A stretch of DNA of 64,000 nucleotides from Candidatus Cryptobacteroides sp. (GTDB lineage Bacteria; Bacteroidota; Bacteroidia; Bacteroidales; UBA932): contig JBGVCR010000003.1 in assembly GCA_045118995.1 (NCBI GenBank), forward strand, positions 48,290-112,289, in the 5' to 3' direction. The position numbers and the translations under genes were made by a program. Below, piece by piece: positions 1-9,101 of this stretch. Positions within the stretch are counted from its first letter, which is position 1; each line of letters begins with the position of its first letter. The notes beneath the pieces were generated by a model that saw nothing but the letters and a program-made list of their open reading frames with translations, had not been told where the DNA came from and made no database searches.

Positions 1-296
1 AAAACCCTGAAATCTTCAACCAAAGCAGGAAAAACCAGGGATTCGACAATCTCAAGTGCTTGTCTGTCGGAGAATATTTTCTTAGCCAGAGATTGTGGAA
101 CAAATCGTCCGCATTCATCTCTAAGTACACAGTCTAACTTCTGCTCAATTGATTCCAAAAGTCCCGGAACACTGGTATAAAGTTCCTTAACGCGTGAATC
201 AGCATTATATTGGGCTGTCAGTCCTTTATTTGCCAATATCCTGCAGACCTCGGATTTTCCGCTTCCAATGCCTCCTGTGACCACAAGAATAATCAT
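1..296 (-). CDS. coaE: Dephospho-CoA kinase (5' part only; runs off the window edge)
   Basis: Manual translation from ATG at 296 gives MIILVVTGGIGSGKSEVCR (CoaE P-loop). Start overlaps the upstream stop (ATGA). The yajC-YbbR-coaE order is typical of Bacteroidota. Confidence 0.9.
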   Translation of the reverse strand, partial: MIILVVTGGIGSGKSEVCRILANKGLTAQYNADSRVKELYTSVPGLLESIEQKLDCVLRDECGRFVPQSLAKKIFSDRQALEIVESLVFPALVEDFRV

Positions 297-1267
297 CTCT
301 CCTCCAGAACACAATTGACAGCAACCGGATCCACCTCATATGAGATAAGTCCTTTTGTATTTCCGGTAAGCTTCAGATGACACATTCCGCTCAAGGATGT
401 GATGAAATCATTATAATCAGCCTTAAGTTCGAGTTCTTCAGGCTGGCTCTCCAAAGGAAATGAAAGCCTCATCACGACCTCAGCCTTCGATGGAAAAGGA
501 ACAAGCTTCTTGTCAGAGGGTACATTCTCCACTGATATCGGAAGCGTGACCTTCATCTCCACATAACGGCACACATCCAGAAGATAATGCACTTCTGAGA
601 CCGACATTCTTACATCATTCATTTTCTCCAGACGTACAAGTCCCTGAACATCAGAAGAAAGATTTGAATGCTTAATAGGTTCAGTCAGTACTTTATCAAT
701 CGTTTCAAGCACACGGGCCTGGCCATATAATACGACCGAATCAGGAATTATATCAAGCTCTCCTTTACTGATATGCTGAGGCATATAAGACACGGAAAAT
801 ACCGGCTGTACCGGCACCTTCTTGTGATCGACCTCCGGAAACCGGAAAAAGACAGAATCGGAAACAAAATATTCCAATGTCACCCCATCACCATAGATAA
901 GATGAGTATATTCGGTCAGATCTGATGCAAGAACATAGAAAAGGTCATCCTCCTTATAACGCATCACAGACGGATTGAATGTCACAGTGACCGGCCTTCT
1001 CCTTGCTTTGATATCCGACAGTATTGCTTTATAACCGGTAGCACGACACCTGGCGATGACATCGCTGGTATTCAGTGAGACATTGGTATGACCTTCAATG
1101 TTGCACTCGGCCTTGACAGAAGCTGTCAGGTAGTCATTATACTTGAGTCCAAGGTTATGAATCAGCCATATACTAAATGCCAACAGGAGAGCAAGCAGAA
1201 AAACTGCAAGATCTCTCCCGCTGATATTCAACGACTTCAAAAGCCTGTCGTATAGCCTTTTCATCAC
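293..1267 (-). CDS. YbbR/CdaR-like domain membrane-anchored protein
   Basis: N-terminal TM (FLLALLLAFSIWLI) followed by beta-rich segments (KKVPVQP, PDSVVLYG); sits between yajC and coaE. Confidence 0.7.
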   Translation of the reverse strand: MMKRLYDRLLKSLNISGRDLAVFLLALLLAFSIWLIHNLGLKYNDYLTASVKAECNIEGHTNVSLNTSDVIARCRATGYKAILSDIKARRRPVTVTFNPSVMRYKEDDLFYVLASDLTEYTHLIYGDGVTLEYFVSDSVFFRFPEVDHKKVPVQPVFSVSYMPQHISKGELDIIPDSVVLYGQARVLETIDKVLTEPIKHSNLSSDVQGLVRLEKMNDVRMSVSEVHYLLDVCRYVEMKVTLPISVENVPSDKKLVPFPSKAEVVMRLSFPLESQPEELELKADYNDFITSLSGMCHLKLTGNTKGLISYEVDPVAVNCVLEER

Positions 1268-1284
1268 CTGATGTGAATGATATC

Positions 1285-1596
1285 CTACTGCTGTGGATCA
1301 GAAAAATCCTTTACAAGAGCCTGCTTGCTCACACGGATCTTCACATTGTTATCCACCTCGATGAGGACTGTAGCATCCTTGATTTCGCATACTGTTCCAT
1401 AGATTCCTCCGATGGTAACTACCTTGTCACCCTTCTTGAGGCCGTCACGGAAAGCCTGGAGTTCCTTCTGCTGCTTTCTCTGCGGACGGATCATGAAGAA
1501 CCACATCACTACGAAAATAAGGGCCATCATAACCCACATCATCGCTCCACCGCCCTGTGCAGGCTGAGCTGCCTGTAAAATTGTAAACATATTCAT
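1285..1596 (-). CDS. yajC: Preprotein translocase subunit YajC
   Basis: FFMIRPQRKQQK and LKKGDKVVTIGGIYGTV signatures. Confidence 0.97.
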   Translation of the reverse strand: MNMFTILQAAQPAQGGGAMMWVMMALIFVVMWFFMIRPQRKQQKELQAFRDGLKKGDKVVTIGGIYGTVCEIKDATVLIEVDNNVKIRVSKQALVKDFSDPQQ

Positions 1597-1625
1597 TTTA
1601 TTATTAGACTTTAAATTGTTTCACA

Positions 1626-2585
1626 TTAAAGAAGACCTTTTCCCTCCTTATTTATCTGTCCTTCATTCGCAAGCTGCTGGACAAGCTTGTCGAGGAGTCC
1701 ATTGACGAAAGAACGGCTCTTAGGAGTTCCATAGAACTTAGAAATCTCCACATATTCATTCATTGTCACCTTGACAGGGATTGTCGGGAATGATACTGCT
1801 TCAGCGAGACCCATTGTGATCAGCACGACATCAGTAGAGAAAAGACGTTCCTTTTCCCATCCTGTCACCGACTCAGCTACCATTGCCGAATATTTCTCAT
1901 AGCCGGCAAATGATGCCTGCAGAAGTTTTCTTACAAAGAATTTGTCGCTCTCTACACCGTCACCCTTAAGCATTTCGCTCTGATACAATGGAATAAGGCT
2001 CCAGCTCTCACCCTTTGCAAGATTCTTCAAAGTCTTGCAGCACCATGTCAATGAATATGCCAGATCATCATTCCAGTAAAGCGACTTATCCTCGAGAAGT
2101 TTCTCAAGTTCCACGCAATCCTCGAACTCTTCCTCATAAATTCTTGTAAAGAGCTTGCAGTCTTCAGCAAGAGACCTCTCAGGCGAAGCCATATACTCAG
2201 CGAAATACTCCTTTGATGCTACAGATGTCATGACTTTCTTGAGAAGAAGGTCATACTGGCTCCAGTCAAACTTCTTTTTCTTGAATACCTTCTGGAAGTC
2301 CTGGTCCGAGTCAATAAGAACCGCCAGAGCGTTCTCTGCAAACTTCATATTCGGATTCTTCTCCTCCTCTGTCGGATTGAATTTGGCTTTTGCAGCCTCG
2401 ATTCTGTCTTTGGCAATCTTAGTAAGAGGTGAAATGATGCCGAGCATATATATATAAAGGTCCCTGGTCGCTTCGCAAGAAATCTCAAGCTGAGATTCAG
2501 CCTGTGAAAGAGACATATTGCCAGCAAGAACGCTGCTGTAGAGCACCTTAAAGGCCTTGATTCTTAAAATTCTTCTGTTAAGCAT
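1626..2585 (-). CDS. nusB: Transcription antitermination factor NusB (long Bacteroidota form)
   Basis: MLNRRILRIKAF start; C-terminal PVKVTMNEYVEISKFY and FVNGLLD. Start moved from 2621 to 2585 because a -7 box lies at 2607-2614. Confidence 0.93.
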   Translation of the reverse strand: MLNRRILRIKAFKVLYSSVLAGNMSLSQAESQLEISCEATRDLYIYMLGIISPLTKIAKDRIEAAKAKFNPTEEEKNPNMKFAENALAVLIDSDQDFQKVFKKKKFDWSQYDLLLKKVMTSVASKEYFAEYMASPERSLAEDCKLFTRIYEEEFEDCVELEKLLEDKSLYWNDDLAYSLTWCCKTLKNLAKGESWSLIPLYQSEMLKGDGVESDKFFVRKLLQASFAGYEKYSAMVAESVTGWEKERLFSTDVVLITMGLAEAVSFPTIPVKVTMNEYVEISKFYGTPKSRSFVNGLLDKLVQQLANEGQINKEGKGLL

Positions 2586-2606
2586 ATTTTTATCGAATAT
2601 TTTACG

Positions 2607-2644
2607 CAAATATACATCCATTTTCAGAAAAAACCTTATCTTTG
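2607..2644. promoter_or_regulatory. Back-to-back Bacteroidota -7 promoter boxes for nusB (-) and the DUF3276 gene (+)
   Basis: CAAATATA at 2607-2614 (TATATTTG on the minus strand) and TATCTTTG at 2637-2644 both match TAnnTTTG. Confidence 0.7.
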
Positions 2645-2669
2645 TAGAGATTTACTAAAAAAATAAGCT

Positions 2670-3002
2670 ATGTATAGTGAGGATTATGATGGAGCAAATG
2701 CTCAGGAGCGTTCAGGTGAGGACATTTACTCAAAACCTGTAAGAGCAGGAAAGCGTACATACTTCTTTGACGTCAAGGCGACTAAAGGCAACGATTATTA
2801 TCTGACGATCACAGAAAGCAAGCGCAAGGTGGATAATAACGGTCATTTCGCATACGACAAGCACAAGATTTTCCTTTACAAGGAGGACTTCGAAAAGTTC
2901 ACTGAGGGGCTTGAAGAAGTAATCAAGTATATCAAATCCAACTGCCTGAAAGACAACGGATCAGGCGAGAAATTCACTGACGTGGAATTTGAAGAGCTTT
3001 AA
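2670..3002 (+). CDS. DUF3276 / PUR-like nucleic-acid-binding protein
   Basis: YSKPVRAGKRTYFFDVK, YLTITESK and KHKIFLYKEDF motifs. Confidence 0.9.
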   Translation: MYSEDYDGANAQERSGEDIYSKPVRAGKRTYFFDVKATKGNDYYLTITESKRKVDNNGHFAYDKHKIFLYKEDFEKFTEGLEEVIKYIKSNCLKDNGSGEKFTDVEFEEL

Positions 3003-3010
3003 AAAGATAC

Positions 3011-3041
3011 AGGGACGGCAGAATTATCGGCCGTCCTTTTT
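3011..3041 (+). terminator. Intrinsic terminator
   Basis: GGACGGC/GCCGTCC stem followed by TTTTT. Confidence 0.75.
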
Positions 3042-3101
3042 AATTGACACAACGCTTATATAGATTTTTTTCATTAAATTTGGCTGATAAACTGACAAGA
3101 A

Positions 3102-5114
3102 ATGAAGAATTACGGATTCATACGTACGGCTGCGGCTGTACCTTCGGTAAAAGTAGCTGATGTGATATATAATGCGGCTGAGATATGCCGACTTGCGGGC
3201 GAAGCTTTCGAAAAGGAAGTTTCGCTTGTCGCGTTTCCCGAGCTCTCATTAACAGGATATTCGTGCGGGGACCTTTTTGGACAGAGTCTTCTGGTGAAAG
3301 GGGCCGAAGACGGAGTCCGTAAGATTGTGGAATTCAGCCGAGGAAAGTCATTGACAATCGTGGTCGGAGCTCCGGTATCTTACCGATGCCGCTTGTACAG
3401 CTGCGCCATAGTCATCAGAAATGGAAACGTAAAGGGCATTGTTCCAAAGACTTACATCACAGCAGGGGAAGGCCGCATATTCGCATCGGGATCTGACTTT
3501 CTTTCCACAGAAGTAAGAAATGACGGAGCAATGCTGTGCAACGGAAAGGATTCCGTACGGGAAGGTTACTTCGGAGAGATACGTTATGCCGGACAAAGAT
3601 GCAATATCTCCCCAAATCTGATCTTCGGTCTGGGACACTCTACATTTGCAATTGAACTTGGCCATGACCTATGGGCTCCGGTTCCACCTTCGGCATATCA
3701 CGTGCTTCAAGGAGCGCACTTCATCGTGAATCTGTCTGCTGACAAAGAAATTCTGATGAGAGAAGAATATCGCAGGGCTTTGCTGAGAGAACATACAGCA
3801 AAGACAATCTGCGGTTATGTATATGCTTCAGCCGGCTTTGGAGAGTCTACAAGAGACAATGTCTACGCAGGAGCCGCTTCTATCTGGGAGAACGGTTTGA
3901 CGCTGGTAGAAAATGAAAGATATCAGACTACATCGTCAATGATAATCGCTGATATCGACATTGAAAGAATCGAAAATCTCCGCAAAAAGTCCCACCTGTT
4001 CTGTTCTATATCACCTGACGGCACAAATGCAACATCATATTACAGGCTTTATGACAGAAGAAGTCTTGGAGATGCAGCAGCTTCAGATTTTGAGAAAAAT
4101 CTTTACAGGCATATCGAACCTCACCCATTCGTCCCTGCCGGAGACCTGGACTACAGATGCAGGGAAATAATTGACATACAGGTGGCTGGACTCATCAAGA
4201 GACTGAGTCACATCAATTGCCAGACAGCGGTGATAGGTATCTCCGGCGGTCTTGACAGTACATTGGCATTGCTCGTTGCGGTATTGGCCTTTGACAAGTT
4301 GGGCTGGTCGCGCGACAGGATCGTAACCGTGACTATGCCGGGCTTCGGAACCACTGCCCGCACTAAGAACAATGCGACAGATCTCATGGAAGCGCTTGGC
4401 ACACGTCTTCGCGAAATCTCGATTGCAGCAGCCTGTGAGCAGCATTTCAAGGATATTTCACACGATCCTTCCGTACGTGACGCAACATATGAAAACTCTC
4501 AAGCTCGTGAAAGGACCCAGATACTTATGGACATAGCCAATCAGACAGGCGGTCTTGTAATAGGAACCGGAGACCTGTCGGAGCTTGCTCTCGGATGGTG
4601 TACCTACAATGGCGACCATATGTCTATGTATGGAGTTAACGGAGGCGTACCTAAGACATTGGTACGAAGCCTCGTGAAGTGGGCTGCCGAAAACAGGTTC
4701 GAAGGAATGGGCGGCATAGACGGCAGAAGCATCAAGGAGATACTTCTTGACATCGTCGACACACCTATCAGCCCGGAGCTCCTCCCTGCGAATGAAAACG
4801 GTGAAATCCAGCAAGTTACCGAAGACCTCGTGGGTCCGTACGAACTACATGACTTCTTTATCTATAATTTCATGAGATGCGGCTATAGTCCGGACAAGAT
4901 ATTCTTCCTTGCACGTAAAGCCTTCAAAGGCACATACGACGAGAACACCATCATCAAATGGCTCAGGACCTTCGTGCGTCGCTTCTTCAATCAGCAGTTC
5001 AAACGTTCCTGCATGCCGGACGGCCCAAAGGTAGGTTCTGTCGGCCTGTCCCCACGCGGAGACTGGGATATGCCATCCGATGCCTGGAGCACATTATTTT
5101 CATCTGATATTTAG
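3102..5114 (+). CDS. nadE: NAD+ synthetase with two-domain (nitrilase + synthetase) architecture; glutaminase site looks degenerate
   Basis: FPELSLTGY and GIVPKTY in the N-domain; synthetase motifs GISGGLDST, ENSQARER, GTGDLSE, QQFKRSCMPDGPK. Confidence 0.95.
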   Translation: MKNYGFIRTAAAVPSVKVADVIYNAAEICRLAGEAFEKEVSLVAFPELSLTGYSCGDLFGQSLLVKGAEDGVRKIVEFSRGKSLTIVVGAPVSYRCRLYSCAIVIRNGNVKGIVPKTYITAGEGRIFASGSDFLSTEVRNDGAMLCNGKDSVREGYFGEIRYAGQRCNISPNLIFGLGHSTFAIELGHDLWAPVPPSAYHVLQGAHFIVNLSADKEILMREEYRRALLREHTAKTICGYVYASAGFGESTRDNVYAGAASIWENGLTLVENERYQTTSSMIIADIDIERIENLRKKSHLFCSISPDGTNATSYYRLYDRRSLGDAAASDFEKNLYRHIEPHPFVPAGDLDYRCREIIDIQVAGLIKRLSHINCQTAVIGISGGLDSTLALLVAVLAFDKLGWSRDRIVTVTMPGFGTTARTKNNATDLMEALGTRLREISIAAACEQHFKDISHDPSVRDATYENSQARERTQILMDIANQTGGLVIGTGDLSELALGWCTYNGDHMSMYGVNGGVPKTLVRSLVKWAAENRFEGMGGIDGRSIKEILLDIVDTPISPELLPANENGEIQQVTEDLVGPYELHDFFIYNFMRCGYSPDKIFFLARKAFKGTYDENTIIKWLRTFVRRFFNQQFKRSCMPDGPKVGSVGLSPRGDWDMPSDAWSTLFSSDI

Positions 5115-5131
5115 TGATAACCTGAAGAATT

Positions 5132-6478
5132 ATGAAAAGATTGGCCCTCGCGATTTTTACAATGCTCTTGGTGCTGAGCGCATCTGCTCAGATAAAGAGT
5201 CCTATCGACGACCTCAAGACTGTCTATAAAGACAAGAATGTCACATTCAGAAAGATTGACAAGCATACCTGGGTCGGCTCGGGCAATGTCATGTCATCCG
5301 AAAGCATGTACATTGTGGAAGGTAAGGACAAGGCTGTCCTCATAGATGCCGGCACCACTATTCCAGACCTTGACAAGATTGTCAGGAAAATCACAAAGAA
5401 GCCTGTGACACTGATACTCACACATGTTCATCCGGATCACGCAGGTGCCGCAGGATGTTTTGACGAAGTCTGGATCAATCCTGCCGATACAGTCTACGTA
5501 CCGGCATTCATGCCCGGCTACAAGGGTACCATCAGACATCTCGAGCATGGTCAGCTGATAGAACTCGGAGGAAGGACCCTCGAGACATTCTTCACCCCGG
5601 GCCACACTCCGGGTTCGACTACATTCCTCGAAGTCGGCACGGACCACGGATTCAGCGGTGATTCATTCGGAAACGGTTATCTCCTGGTATTCTGCGACTT
5701 CAAAATCCTTCAGAAAACCTGCCAGGATGCATATGAGTATTTCAGCGCAAACGGCTACAAGAAATTCTATTGCGGACATTTCTCAGGAGCCAACTTCGAG
5801 ACACTGGAGAGAATCCAGACCCTTGAGAAGGTTTCCGAAGAACTGCTTGCAGGCAAAATCGAAGGCACACCAAACCCAAATGGAATGCTCAACAGATCGG
5901 TAGAATGTGGCGGAGTATTTGTAAACTACGATGAACTGGCCCTGAAGAAGGAAAGATTCAGCCAGGAATATGACACTGTAGCCCCAAAGGACCTCGATGA
6001 AAACATCTTCAAGCTTGTCGGGGACGATTGGACAGTAATCACTGCAGGCGAGCAGCCGAACTCAATGGTTGCCAGCTGGGGAGGCGCAGGTATCATGTTC
6101 AACAAGCCTGTGACATGGTGTTTCCTCCGTGCCAACCGCTATACACTTGAGAAGATCAAAGAGACCAGAACTTACACAATGTGCTATTTCCAGGCAGAAT
6201 ACAAGGGTGACATTCTCAAGTTCGGTACAGTTTCAGGACGCAATACAGAGAAAATGGCACAGACGAAACTGACTCCAATGCCGACACCAGACGGAGCACC
6301 GGCATATGAGCAAGCAAAGATCATAATCGAGTGCAAGCTGATAGCCGCTCCTACCGTTTCTAAGGATGAATTCTACACTGAAGAAGGCAAGGAATTCCTT
6401 CAGGGAGGATATGACGAAGCAAAAGACTGGCATAAGCTTGTTTTCGGAGAGATCACAAACATCTATGTAAAGAAATAA
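5132..6478 (+). CDS. Exported metallo-beta-lactamase-fold hydrolase fused to a flavin-reductase-like domain
   Basis: Signal peptide; LIDAG, HVHPDH, PGHTPGS, SGD and CGH MBL motifs; C-terminal NSMVASWGG, RYTLE, FGTVSGR, ECK and HKLVFGEI resemble a flavin-reductase-like fold. Confidence 0.75.
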   Translation: MKRLALAIFTMLLVLSASAQIKSPIDDLKTVYKDKNVTFRKIDKHTWVGSGNVMSSESMYIVEGKDKAVLIDAGTTIPDLDKIVRKITKKPVTLILTHVHPDHAGAAGCFDEVWINPADTVYVPAFMPGYKGTIRHLEHGQLIELGGRTLETFFTPGHTPGSTTFLEVGTDHGFSGDSFGNGYLLVFCDFKILQKTCQDAYEYFSANGYKKFYCGHFSGANFETLERIQTLEKVSEELLAGKIEGTPNPNGMLNRSVECGGVFVNYDELALKKERFSQEYDTVAPKDLDENIFKLVGDDWTVITAGEQPNSMVASWGGAGIMFNKPVTWCFLRANRYTLEKIKETRTYTMCYFQAEYKGDILKFGTVSGRNTEKMAQTKLTPMPTPDGAPAYEQAKIIIECKLIAAPTVSKDEFYTEEGKEFLQGGYDEAKDWHKLVFGEITNIYVKK

Positions 6479-6488
6479 GCATCAATCA

Positions 6489-6570
6489 AAAGCACAGAAA
6501 AGGCCGTTTTCGTTCTTTCGCCCACTAAAATCAAGGGCAAAAGCACAAAAACGGCCTGATTTATTCTTTC
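6489..6570. repeat. Two degenerate copies of a 30-bp palindromic unit, 51 bp apart
   Basis: AAAGCACAGAAAAGGCCGTTTTCGTTCTTT at 6489 and AAAGCACAAAAACGGCC at 6540; matches the reverse complement of the 23054 unit. Confidence 0.8.
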
Positions 6571-6583
6571 AATGAATATTCTT

Positions 6584-7411
6584 CTAAAGCGACTCTATGA
6601 TTCTGGAGAAGAGGACTGTCATCCTGTCTGCAGCGGCATTTGCTGCTACAACCACATCATCTCCATCATTTACATAGTCCTCAGCGTAATCATCGTGGGC
6701 CTCATTTGTGATTACAGACATACCGAAAACCGGGATATCCGAATGGCGTGCCACGATCACCTCCGGGATGGTAGACATTCCGACGGCATCAGCACCGATG
6801 AGACGGAAATATTTATACTCGGCCGGAGTCTCGTATGAAGGACCGGTACCTGCAAAATAGACACCGCTCTTGAGTTCGTAACCAAGGCCGGCAGCAACCT
6901 CAAACGCCCTCATTCTCAGCTTCTTGTCATATGGGCGGGTCATATCAGGGAAACGAGGTCCGAATTCATCCATATTCGGTCCTACCAGAGGATTAGGGAG
7001 ATGATTGATATGGTCTGTTATAACCATGAGATCTCCCACCTTGAAGTCGTAATTGACTCCTCCTGCTGCATTTGACACAAAAAGATACTGGATGCCCAGA
7101 ACCTTCATGACTCTTATAGGAAGGGTCACAAGATCCATAGGATAACCTTCATAATAATGGAAACGCCCCTGCATAGCCACTACAAACTTGCCGCCGAGTT
7201 CACCTGCTATGAAATTGCCTTTATGACCTACAGCAGTAGAAACCGGAAAGCCCGGAATTTCCTTATACGGAATTACAGTCGGGTTTTCTATCCTGTCTGC
7301 AAGCTTTCCAAGTCCGCTGCCGAGAACTATACCGGCGAACGGTTTTCTGCCATCCAGCTTTGCCGCTATATATTGTGCAGCGGTCATAATCTTTTCTACT
7401 CTTGGATCCAT
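6584..7411 (-). CDS. punA: Purine-nucleoside phosphorylase (trimeric PunA/XapA type)
   Basis: [34 protein letters not shown] and ITN motifs. Confidence 0.93.
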   Translation of the reverse strand: MDPRVEKIMTAAQYIAAKLDGRKPFAGIVLGSGLGKLADRIENPTVIPYKEIPGFPVSTAVGHKGNFIAGELGGKFVVAMQGRFHYYEGYPMDLVTLPIRVMKVLGIQYLFVSNAAGGVNYDFKVGDLMVITDHINHLPNPLVGPNMDEFGPRFPDMTRPYDKKLRMRAFEVAAGLGYELKSGVYFAGTGPSYETPAEYKYFRLIGADAVGMSTIPEVIVARHSDIPVFGMSVITNEAHDDYAEDYVNDGDDVVVAANAAADRMTVLFSRIIESL

Positions 7412-7420
7412 AGTATTGAT

Positions 7421-8689
7421 TTAGAATTTTAATCTTGTCATTGCCTTCCGCGCATCAGAGAGAATCTGCTCCTCACCCGGTACGATACGGTCACGCATAA
7501 TGAATTTACCATCGCATATCACCGAGTCCACACAGTCAGAATGAGCCGAATAAATCAGATTTGCCAGGAAGCCTGCCGGGGAAAGGAACTGATATCCGGT
7601 CACATCTATGACAAGCAGGTCAGCCAATGCACCCTCCTCGATTCTTCCGGCATTAATACCCAAAGCTTTGGCAGCATTGACACCTGCCATTGCCGCAAGA
7701 TCTTCCAAAGGCATCGCCGTAGGGTCGTCACGCCAGGCCTTCTGTACTATCGCTGCGGTCTTCATCGCCTCCAGCAGGTCAAGGTTATTGGACGAGCCGC
7801 AGCCATCCGTACCTATGCAGACATTGGCCCCGGCCTCTTTCAATTCATTGTAACGGAAACGATATCCGGAAGCCAGTTTGAGATTCGAATTGATGTTATG
7901 CACGCAGGTCACTCCCCTTTCTCCCAAGATCCTTACATCATTGTCTGACAACCAAAGAGTATGGGCAGCTATTACATCAGGTCCGAGCACTCCAAGCGAA
8001 TCAAGATACTCGACCGGAGACATGCCATCATGTTCCCTCATACAGTCTTCCACTTCCTTGCGTGTCTCAGAGATGTGGATATGAATCTTCAGACCGCGTT
8101 CACGCGCAAAGTCGACCGCCCAAAGCATCATAGGTTCCCTTACGGAATATATTGCATGAATGGAAATCAGCAGCTGCGCCTTGGGATCCCAAGCCTTGGT
8201 CATCTCATACATCTGCTGGCATTGGGCCTTCTGGCGCTGAGATTCCTCGGGATCATTCTTGTCCAGCACGACATACGACAATGCCGGTCTCATTCCAAGC
8301 TCCATGGCGGCCTTATAAGCCATCGGCATATGCCAGTATTGATCGTTGAAGGTAACTGTTCCCGTCTTTATCATCTCAAGACAAGCTGCCTTGGTGGCAC
8401 AATAGACATATTCATCATCAATATGTTCTTCCACCTGCCATATCTTGTCAAGCCATTCGTGGAAAGCCATATCCTCACCTATACCTTTCATAAGAGCCAT
8501 TCCGGCGTGAGTATGCATATTGATGAAAGCGGGGAATGCAGCCTTGCCGGTACAATCCACCACTTCAGTTCCTTCCGGCACAAGTGTCTGATTACCAGAC
8601 TTGCTGACATTTGCAATCAGATTTCCATCGATAAGAATATCTGATGCAACTCCCTCTGACAGAATGTTTTTCAATAAAATCTTCCCCAT
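7421..8689 (-). CDS. Amidohydrolase, MTA/SAH/5'-deoxyadenosine deaminase-like
   Basis: NMHTH, HIHISET, AAH, SNLKLASG and GTDG motifs; same strand and adjacent to PNP. Confidence 0.8.
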   Translation of the reverse strand: MGKILLKNILSEGVASDILIDGNLIANVSKSGNQTLVPEGTEVVDCTGKAAFPAFINMHTHAGMALMKGIGEDMAFHEWLDKIWQVEEHIDDEYVYCATKAACLEMIKTGTVTFNDQYWHMPMAYKAAMELGMRPALSYVVLDKNDPEESQRQKAQCQQMYEMTKAWDPKAQLLISIHAIYSVREPMMLWAVDFARERGLKIHIHISETRKEVEDCMREHDGMSPVEYLDSLGVLGPDVIAAHTLWLSDNDVRILGERGVTCVHNINSNLKLASGYRFRYNELKEAGANVCIGTDGCGSSNNLDLLEAMKTAAIVQKAWRDDPTAMPLEDLAAMAGVNAAKALGINAGRIEEGALADLLVIDVTGYQFLSPAGFLANLIYSAHSDCVDSVICDGKFIMRDRIVPGEEQILSDARKAMTRLKF

Positions 8690-8882
8690 ACGTCACCTTT
8701 CGTTTAAAGTTTTCAAAGTTATATAATTTTTCTTACAAATGCATGCCTGAAGTAATACTTTTCACTTTTTTCAAACATTATTTGAAAATACGATAAAAAT
8801 GCATTAATTTTACTTCGATTTTGAAACCAAAAACAGATGTTTTCAAAGTAAGTTGAACAAAAACACTTAAAACTATATAATA

Positions 8883-9101
8883 ATGGCATTTAAAGGAGCA
8901 ATCGAAGTGGATACACAGAAATGCAAAGGATGCGGAGTATGTGTAGAGAATTGTCCGACCAAGAGCATCCAGCTCGCTAAACTGGTCAACAATAAAGGTT
9001 ATCATTATGCCGAGATGGTCGGTGACGCTTGCGTAGGATGTTCGAACTGCGCTATCGTATGTCCTGATTCGGTAATTACTGTTTACAGAGTTAAAATCTA
9101 A
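8883..9101 (+). CDS. 2x[4Fe-4S] ferredoxin (delta subunit) of a 2-oxoacid:ferredoxin oxidoreductase
   Basis: CKGCGVCVENCP and CVGCSNCAIVCP. Confidence 0.93.
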   Translation: MAFKGAIEVDTQKCKGCGVCVENCPTKSIQLAKLVNNKGYHYAEMVGDACVGCSNCAIVCPDSVITVYRVKI

